Positions 57,269 to 64,000 of a stretch of 64,000 nucleotides of DNA are shown here, in pieces. The notes under the pieces are model-generated. The model did no database searches. It was not told where the DNA came from and saw only the letters and a list, made by a program, of their open reading frames with translations. The stretch lies in NCBI GenBank assembly GCA_015069195.1, contig SVJA01000005.1, positions 10,860 to 74,859 of the forward strand, in the 5' to 3' direction. The number at the start of each line of letters is the position of its first letter. The first letter of the stretch is position 1. Position numbers and translations under genes: made by a program. The DNA is from Oscillospiraceae bacterium. GTDB lineage: Bacteria; Bacillota; Clostridia; UBA1212.

Positions 57269-58713
57269 AATTTATCATTTAAAAACAACTCTCGCTTGCG
57301 CTCGATCATCAAGTCGAGGCGCGCCATATAGTCTTCTATGCCTTTGACATTGAAGGCGCGCTCGATTTTATCGCCGCCGGCCGATACGCGCTTTGACACG
57401 CCGGCGGCACCCGTTGCAATAATTGTTTGTTCCTCTTCCATGATATGAATATTGTACGGGCTTTCACAGCCCGGTCTGCAGTAGCATACATTCTCGTGAT
57501 TTCCCATCATATTTTTCTGGCGGTACATATAGAAAGGATGCATACCGAGCTTGGTTGCGGTATCTCTTGCCGCAGAAACCATAACACCGACTTCGTCACC
57601 GTGCAACAGATTTCGATTTTCTTCGTCCAACCTTAAATCCGCTGCTCTTTTGATACTTAAAGTGTGTACGGTAAGGCTGTCAGGAGAGAACTCTTCGATT
57701 CTTGCTAATGTGCGCATAAAATCGTCCGTATTTTCGTCCGGAAGTCCTGCGATGATGTCCATGTTTATATTTTCAAAACCCGCCTCACGTGCCAGATAAA
57801 AGGCTTCTTCTGTTTGATTTGCTGTATGAAGTCTTCCTATGCGTCTCAATGTAAAGTCATTCATTGTCTGCGGATTTACGCTTATACGGTTCACTCCCGC
57901 ATTTTTCGCAACAAGGAGTTTTCCTTTTGTTATTGAGTCAGGACGCCCTGCTTCAAGGGCAAATTCTTTTACATTCGAAAAATCTATATTGTCTGTTACG
58001 ATTTTCATAAATCTTTCAAAACGAGTTTCATCAAATGATGTCGGAGTTCCGCCGCCCAAGTATACAGATTCTATTTTGTAACCTGCCTGTCTTGCAATTT
58101 GCAAACTTTCCTTGATTTCCCTTTCAAGTAAGTCAAGGTACAAGTCAAGTGATTTCTTGTATTTGACTATTGAGTTTGAGGTAAACGAACAGTACAGGCA
58201 TCTTGTCGGACAAAAAGGTATTCCTATGTAAAAACCCGCATTTTCGGGATGCAAAAGTTGTTCTTCCAAAAACGGTATCTGGATATCGGCAGTCTCTATT
58301 GCAAGATTTGCTTTATCATCACTCATCAGATAGAACTCTTTAAAATGATTAAATATTGCACGGTTATCCATTCCGTGTTTCTTTAAAACATTGACTATCT
58401 TTGTAGGACGCACACCTGTCATACAGCCCCACGGTGAAGAATATCCCGTATACTCACTCATCAACTTATAAAGATATCTTTTCAGCAGATTCGCTTCGCT
58501 GACGCCTTCTGCGTGCACTCCGGCATCCCTTGTTGCGATTTCCGCCGTAATAAAATCACTTTTTACGGCATCGCCTTTTTCGTTCAAAAGTTCAAGTCTA
58601 TATGAGTCCGCTTCAGCACAAAAAGACGGCAATCCGCAAGCGGTGCCGAATATTTGCAATGCCTCAAAAAAATGAAACGGTATCTGATTTTCGGGAAAAT
58701 AAAACTTAATCAT
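57265..58713 (-). CDS. Radical SAM coproporphyrinogen-III-oxidase-like protein (HemZ/HemN family)
   Basis: Radical SAM cluster motif CPTRCLYCSF, GGGTPT. 482 aa with an N-terminal extension typical of HemZ-like proteins. Confidence 0.85.
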   Translation of the reverse strand: MIKFYFPENQIPFHFFEALQIFGTACGLPSFCAEADSYRLELLNEKGDAVKSDFITAEIATRDAGVHAEGVSEANLLKRYLYKLMSEYTGYSSPWGCMTGVRPTKIVNVLKKHGMDNRAIFNHFKEFYLMSDDKANLAIETADIQIPFLEEQLLHPENAGFYIGIPFCPTRCLYCSFTSNSIVKYKKSLDLYLDLLEREIKESLQIARQAGYKIESVYLGGGTPTSFDETRFERFMKIVTDNIDFSNVKEFALEAGRPDSITKGKLLVAKNAGVNRISVNPQTMNDFTLRRIGRLHTANQTEEAFYLAREAGFENINMDIIAGLPDENTDDFMRTLARIEEFSPDSLTVHTLSIKRAADLRLDEENRNLLHGDEVGVMVSAARDTATKLGMHPFYMYRQKNMMGNHENVCYCRPGCESPYNIHIMEEEQTIIATGAAGVSKRVSAGGDKIERAFNVKGIEDYMARLDLMIERKRELFLNDKF

Positions 58714-58720
58714 ATCTTAA

Positions 58721-59374
58721 TTATCCTAAGTATGACGGCACGCCCCATGCAGCCTCTTCGCCTATCGTAGAAGACTCTCCGTGACCCGGAAGAATTTTTA
58801 TCACAGGATCCATTTCATATAGTCTTGTGATAGATTCTTTAAGTTTCTGAGGATTTCCGCCAAGGTCTGTTCTGCCGAATCCGTTGCAGAAAAGCGTATC
58901 GCCCGTAAACATTATGTTATCTTCTTCTGCGAGTATGCAAACGCCGCCTTCTGTATGACCGGGGGTATTTATAAATTTCAATGTTTTACCGCCTACGATA
59001 ATGGTATCTCCGTCAGAGATTTTTAATTCTGGAGTTTTTACGTTTTTGGGCATTCCGAGCAATACCGACACATTTTTTTGAATACTTCCGAAAGCCTCTG
59101 CGTCAGCCGTATGACAAACCGTTACTGCCCCTGCAAATTCTTCGCACAATTCATCTGTATAACAAATGTGATCTATGTGACAATGAGTAAGGATTATATA
59201 TTTTATATTTAAATGTTTTGACGCACATATCGGAGCAATATCGGAAGCATCACAGCCTGCATCAATTATACAAGCCTCGTGGAGCTCGCCGTTTGCTGTA
59301 TCAGCTCCGTCATTTTCATTCCAGTATATATACGTATTGGAACCTAAAAGTCCGTAATCCAAAGTCACATACAT
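58721..59374 (-). CDS. MBL-fold metallo-hydrolase
   Basis: HCHIDH (HxHxDH) motif, TPGHTEGG, PGHG. Confidence 0.88.
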   Translation of the reverse strand: MYVTLDYGLLGSNTYIYWNENDGADTANGELHEACIIDAGCDASDIAPICASKHLNIKYIILTHCHIDHICYTDELCEEFAGAVTVCHTADAEAFGSIQKNVSVLLGMPKNVKTPELKISDGDTIIVGGKTLKFINTPGHTEGGVCILAEEDNIMFTGDTLFCNGFGRTDLGGNPQKLKESITRLYEMDPVIKILPGHGESSTIGEEAAWGVPSYLG

Positions 59375-59389
59375 AATTTCAACCTCTGC

Positions 59390-59860
59390 TTAAAAAGTTT
59401 TCTTGCTGTCCAAAAGTATTGTCATCGGGCCGTCGTTTACAATAGTAACTTCCATATCCGTTCTGAATATACCCGTTGTAATATTAAGTGCGGGACATAT
59501 TGATTTTACTTTTGATACAAAATATGTATAAAGAGCTTCTGCCTCGGCAGGCTGAGCTGCATTTATAAATGACGGTCTTTTACCTTTGCGGCAATCTCCG
59601 CACAAAGTAAATTGGCTTATTATGAGCATTCCCATATTTTCGCCCTCTTCGATTTTGTCTACTGCCGAAAGATTTGTTTTTCCGTCTGCATCATCAAAAA
59701 TACGCAATCCGACTACTTTTTCAGCCAGATAATCAGCGTCTTTTTCGGTGTCATCAACAGAAACACCAAGAAGGACATTAAATCCGACTCCCACTTTTCC
59801 TACTATCTCATCATTTACTTTTACGTATGATTCTTTTACACGCTGCACAACCGCACGCAT
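59390..59860 (-). CDS. dtd: D-aminoacyl-tRNA deacylase
   Basis: MRAVVQRV N-terminus, SQFTLCGD, GDxxxxxxNDGPMT end pattern (VNDGPMT). Confidence 0.93.
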   Translation of the reverse strand: MRAVVQRVKESYVKVNDEIVGKVGVGFNVLLGVSVDDTEKDADYLAEKVVGLRIFDDADGKTNLSAVDKIEEGENMGMLIISQFTLCGDCRKGKRPSFINAAQPAEAEALYTYFVSKVKSICPALNITTGIFRTDMEVTIVNDGPMTILLDSKKTF

Positions 59861-59864
59861 ATCA

Positions 59865-62075
59865 TTACCTCACTGCTCTGCTTACCTCAACAACATTGTC
59901 GAGCTGACGCATTTTATTTATTATTACTTCTAATTGTTCCTTGTCCGTTATTTCAATTACAAGATCGATAATCTGATAAGCATCCCTCGTGGTTCTCGCA
60001 TTTATCGACTTCATAGATATACGCATATCATTTATAAGATTTGCCACTTGAAGAAGAAGTCTTCTGTTATCGACCGCTTTGACAATAATTTCCGCAAGGT
60101 GTGTAACACTGCTCTTACCTGCCCAACGAACGCTTATCATTCGATTGTCTTCGCCTTCTGTCATTGAAACAATGTTCGGGCAATCGGTTCTGTGGACCGA
60201 CACGCCTCTTCCGCGGGTGATATATCCTATAATGGAATCTCCCGGCACAGGATTACAACAACAGGCCAGTCGGACCAGACAGTTGTCTATACCTTTTACG
60301 ATAATACCATTATCTGAAACTTTTTCTCGTGTTCTCGGCGGTTCTTTTTTGTCATCAGACTGTTTTATGAGTTCTTCAAGTTCCTTATCAGGACTTACAT
60401 TATTTATTCTCTCGTATTCTTCTTTAAGTCTGGCAACAGTTTTTTTTGCGCTTATCTCGCCGAAACCGATAACATTCAAAAGATCATCAGCCGTAGCAAG
60501 GTTGCATTTTTTAAGGTAGGCATCAAGCCATTCTCCGCAGAACAACTGCGCGAATGAATATCCGTACTTTTTGAGTTCCTGTTCAACAAGTTCGCGACCT
60601 CTTTCGATATTTTCGTCACGACGTTCTTTCTTAAACCACTGTCTGATTTTACTTCTTGCCTGAGAACTTTTTACGATAGAAAGCCAGTCACGACTCGGGC
60701 CTTTGTTTGGAGAAGACGACGTTATAATCTCTACAATATCACCGTTTTTAAGTCTGTAATTGAGCGGTTTTATTTCGTTATTTACTTTTGCACCCACCAT
60801 ACGATGACCTACGGCACTGTGTATTTCATAAGCAAAGTCTATAGGAGTTGAACCTGCCGGCAAACTCTTTACATCACCTTTAGGAGTAAATACAAATACC
60901 TCGTCTGTAAAAAGGTCCATTTTGAATGTCTCCACGAATTCCGCAGAGTCACTCATATCCTTTTGTAAATCAAAAAGGTTTCTTACCCATTCAAGCTTCT
61001 TATCAAATTCTGCAGTTGTCTTTGTCGTAGAATTATAGTCCTGTTTGTATTTCCAGTGAGCCGCAATACCTATCTCGGCAGTCTTATGCATTTCCCATGT
61101 TCTTATCTGAGCTTCGAAAACAAATCCGTCAGGACCGATCAAAGTAGTATGAAGCGACTGATATTGGTTCGGTTTCGGCATGGAAATATAGTCCTTAAAT
61201 CTACCGGGCATCGGCTTGTAAAGATCATGAAGTATTCCCAGCACTATATAACAATCCGGAACTGTATCAACAATTATACGAACCGCAAGTAAATCATATA
61301 TCTGATCTATAGTCTTGTTCTGGGTCTGCATTTTTCTTCTTACACTGGAAAGATGTTTAGGTCTTCCGTCAAAGAATGCTCTGATACCCATTTCAACTGT
61401 TCTGGCACGTGTCGTATCAAGAACTTTTTTAATATATTCTTCCTGTTCTTCGCGCTTCTGGTTTATTTTCTTTACAAGGTCTTCGTATCCTTCAGGGTCA
61501 AGATATTTAAAGCAAAGGTCTTCAAGTTCCCATTTGATTTTTGTTATACCGAGACGATGTGCAAGAGGTGTATATATTTCAAGAGTTTCCTTTGCCTTTT
61601 TCATCTGTGTCTCAGGCGTTACATACTGGAGCGTACGCATATTGTGAAGTCGGTCAACGAGTTTTATCAATATAACTCTGATATCACTTGCCATCGACAA
61701 AAACATCTTACGAAGGTTCTCAGCCTGTTGCTCTTCCTTTGAAGAAGTCGGAATTTTTTTAAGCTTTGTTACACCGTCAACAAGATTTGCAATCTCGACA
61801 CCAAACTCTGTTGCAACGTCATCATATGTCATAGGTGTATCTTCTACGACATCATGAAGCATACCTGCGGCAATGGACGGTAAATCCATATTCATCTCCG
61901 CAAGCATTGTCGCCACCTCAATCGGATGAATCACAAACGGTTCACCCGATTTTCTCAGCTGACCGTCGTGCATCTTTTCTGCAATTTCATACGCCTTTCT
62001 TATTACTTCGAGGTCGGCATCCGGTATATAGCCCAATATTATATTTTCTAACTTTAATAAGCTTTCATCATGCAT
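59865..62075 (-). CDS. relA: Bifunctional (p)ppGpp synthetase/hydrolase RelA/SpoT family
   Basis: HD hydrolase domain (HPIEVA, HDVVEDT), synthetase domain (YQSLHTT), TGS (VFTPKGD) and C-terminal ACT. 736 aa. Confidence 0.95.
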   Translation of the reverse strand: MHDESLLKLENIILGYIPDADLEVIRKAYEIAEKMHDGQLRKSGEPFVIHPIEVATMLAEMNMDLPSIAAGMLHDVVEDTPMTYDDVATEFGVEIANLVDGVTKLKKIPTSSKEEQQAENLRKMFLSMASDIRVILIKLVDRLHNMRTLQYVTPETQMKKAKETLEIYTPLAHRLGITKIKWELEDLCFKYLDPEGYEDLVKKINQKREEQEEYIKKVLDTTRARTVEMGIRAFFDGRPKHLSSVRRKMQTQNKTIDQIYDLLAVRIIVDTVPDCYIVLGILHDLYKPMPGRFKDYISMPKPNQYQSLHTTLIGPDGFVFEAQIRTWEMHKTAEIGIAAHWKYKQDYNSTTKTTAEFDKKLEWVRNLFDLQKDMSDSAEFVETFKMDLFTDEVFVFTPKGDVKSLPAGSTPIDFAYEIHSAVGHRMVGAKVNNEIKPLNYRLKNGDIVEIITSSSPNKGPSRDWLSIVKSSQARSKIRQWFKKERRDENIERGRELVEQELKKYGYSFAQLFCGEWLDAYLKKCNLATADDLLNVIGFGEISAKKTVARLKEEYERINNVSPDKELEELIKQSDDKKEPPRTREKVSDNGIIVKGIDNCLVRLACCCNPVPGDSIIGYITRGRGVSVHRTDCPNIVSMTEGEDNRMISVRWAGKSSVTHLAEIIVKAVDNRRLLLQVANLINDMRISMKSINARTTRDAYQIIDLVIEITDKEQLEVIINKMRQLDNVVEVSRAVR

Positions 62076-62082
62076 AATGTTT

Positions 62083-64000
62083 TTAGCTCCGTTTCAGTTC
62101 TCTGTAAACAGCAGAATCTTCTAAACTGCGATTTTGCGAATCTTTATTAAACTCATATATTCCGCCGGAAGTTTTTATCAAAAATCCGAGTTCTATAAAG
62201 ACATCGAGACCGCGTCTTAACATAAACCAGGAAAAATCGTATCCGTTATCTTTTAATATTTTTCTTGCGCGAAACAGATCTGAAAATCCGAAACGCTCCC
62301 CAAAACTCTTCAACACTTTAAAATATGCAGCAAGTTCTTTGTGGTCTACGGTAAAGCAAGTTCCCGTGTAATATTCTTCTCCGACGGAATACGAATTATA
62401 GTATGTTTCATCAGTCGGATAATAAGAATCTATAATATCCGTTATTTTAAGCGAAGGAGCGCGTTTTCCCTGCCATTCGTTTATTTCCATATGGTAAAGG
62501 CAACTGCAATTTTCTATACCTGCTGCTATAGCATAGTAATTTCCGTCATTAAACGATATACCGTCAGCACCGTATCGAGCACCGTCGTTTTCGTATATCA
62601 AACGCAACTTAAGATGTTTTCCGCCGTCTCCAACCTTCGAGGCATATACATCATTGAAACCTGATGTGCAAAATACAGGGCACGGATTTCCCTGACCGAA
62701 AGGTTCCAGCATAGCTACTGCCTCTGCGTTTTCCAATGTTATCATATTCGGCGCCAAAACAGCATCTATTTCATACGATTGTACAACGGTTTGTTCTATC
62801 TCGTTACGTTCGGCATATCTGTTTACGCCTTGTATGAATTCTGAAATCTTGTCAACCTCTATTGTAAGTCCGGCCGCCATTTCGTGTCCGCCGAAACGCA
62901 TAAGCAAATCAGCATTTTCCGACAAAGCCGCGTAGAGATTGAATCCCGGGACGGATCTCGCAGAACCTCTCGCACTTATGATACCATCCGTACATTCGTC
63001 AATACAACAAGAAAGAACAATCGCAGGTTTTGAATACTTTTCAGACAACTTTGCCGCAACTATACCTATTACACCGTGATGCCATTCGTAGCCGAGTGAT
63101 ACTACTATACTGTCGTTTTCACGGGTTTTAAGATTTTCGGCTTTCAATGCCTCCTCGACAATAGCCTGTTCTACTTTTTGTCTTTCTGCATTCTTTTTAC
63201 CGAGTTCCTCTGCAAGTAAAGTCGCCTCATCAAAATCTTCACAAAGAAGAAGCTGTAATGCACATTCCGCATCACCCATTCTGCCGGCGGCATTGAGTCT
63301 AGGCACAACATTAAACATTACCGACGATGCAGATATCTCTACATCGAAACTTTTAGCTTTGGATATACTTCCGAGCAAAGCAGAAAGACCCATCCAAGAC
63401 GTACCACCGAGCATTTTAAGTCCGTTGCTTGCAATTATCCTATTCTCCGAAACAAGAGGCATAGAGTCACCGATAGTACCTACCGCAACTATCGGCAAAT
63501 ATTCTAAAACTTCTTCGCCCAAGCCTATCATAACGGCAATGGCTTCTACAAGTTTGAATGCCACACCGCAGCCCGCGAGAGCTTCGAAAGGGAACCTGCT
63601 ATCAGGACGCATCGGATTTACCGCCGCACTGCAATCAGGAAGGATATCTCCGCACTTATGATGATCTGTAACAACAACATCTATATCTTTTTGCATAGCG
63701 TATTTTATCTCATCTATGCAGGCTATTCCGCAGTCCACAGTTACTATAAGCGAAGTACCTCTGTTTTCTATGGTATCAATGGCACTTTCCGATAATCCGT
63801 AACCTTCAGTAAGTCTGTTCGGAATATAATAATCAACATCTGCGCCCAAATAATTTTTAAAAAAATGATAAAGCACTGCGGTAGATGTTATACCGTCAGC
63901 ATCATAATCACCGAAAATCGTAATATGTTCTTCGTTATCACAAGCGGCAAGTATACGTTCTACTGCTCTGTCCATATCAGGAAGCAAGAAAGGATCAGTC
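62083..64000 (-). CDS. recJ: Single-stranded-DNA-specific exonuclease RecJ (5' end beyond the window)
   Basis: DHH motifs GDYDADGITS, VTVDCG, VVTDHH; DHHA1 GGHEMAAG. The frame stays open through 64000 (..TDPFLLPDMDRAVERI), so the N-terminus is outside the window. Confidence 0.93.
   Translation of the reverse strand, partial: TDPFLLPDMDRAVERILAACDNEEHITIFGDYDADGITSTAVLYHFFKNYLGADVDYYIPNRLTEGYGLSESAIDTIENRGTSLIVTVDCGIACIDEIKYAMQKDIDVVVTDHHKCGDILPDCSAAVNPMRPDSRFPFEALAGCGVAFKLVEAIAVMIGLGEEVLEYLPIVAVGTIGDSMPLVSENRIIASNGLKMLGGTSWMGLSALLGSISKAKSFDVEISASSVMFNVVPRLNAAGRMGDAECALQLLLCEDFDEATLLAEELGKKNAERQKVEQAIVEEALKAENLKTRENDSIVVSLGYEWHHGVIGIVAAKLSEKYSKPAIVLSCCIDECTDGIISARGSARSVPGFNLYAALSENADLLMRFGGHEMAAGLTIEVDKISEFIQGVNRYAERNEIEQTVVQSYEIDAVLAPNMITLENAEAVAMLEPFGQGNPCPVFCTSGFNDVYASKVGDGGKHLKLRLIYENDGARYGADGISFNDGNYYAIAAGIENCSCLYHMEINEWQGKRAPSLKITDIIDSYYPTDETYYNSYSVGEEYYTGTCFTVDHKELAAYFKVLKSFGERFGFSDLFRARKILKDNGYDFSWFMLRRGLDVFIELGFLIKTSGGIYEFNKDSQNRSLEDSAVYRELKRS

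Overview
This is a chromosomal window from a low-GC Firmicute of the Clostridia type. Three proteins end in two-segment dockerin modules. Together with the gene order, this suggests a Ruminococcus-like (Oscillospiraceae) organism with cohesin/dockerin surface complexes; that is an inference I cannot verify here. I count about 50 protein genes, two tRNAs (Gly-UCC, Arg-UCU), one Phe T-box leader and many intrinsic terminators.

Most of the window is housekeeping in familiar syntenic blocks:
- 0.2-13 kb, minus strand: PBP1A, M23 peptidase, proBA, amidase, trmFO-topA-dprA-comM.
- 17-23.5 kb: pepP, dCMP deaminase, pheST.
- Middle of the window: rplS, hflKC, paaK-ACT, aquaporin, yajC-tgt-queA, asd-dapA-dapB-htpG, glnA.
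- 57-64 kb: hemZ, MBL hydrolase, dtd, relA, recJ (recJ runs off the window).

I saw no CRISPR array, transposase, integrase or phage gene.

The parts that are not ordinary:
1. An 8-kb cluster next to the tRNAs (36.9-44.9 kb) encodes three secreted dockerin proteins. Two are tandem paralogues whose N-terminal ~370 aa look like a GH73/glucosaminidase-type peptidoglycan hydrolase. A perfect palindromic operator sits in the divergent control region.
2. One 1000-aa ORF fuses an MFS permease to a complete GH2 glycosidase and is co-operonic with a LOG-family gene.
3. A BspA-type LRR surface protein has a complete lipoprotein signal peptide buried mid-ORF and an N-terminal module shared with the dockerin proteins.
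4. Two convergent terminator hairpins carry an identical 28-nt apical motif.
5. Orphan proteins of 576, 325 and 294 aa sit inside or beside housekeeping operons.

All functional calls come from motif recognition by eye. None has been checked by a database search.
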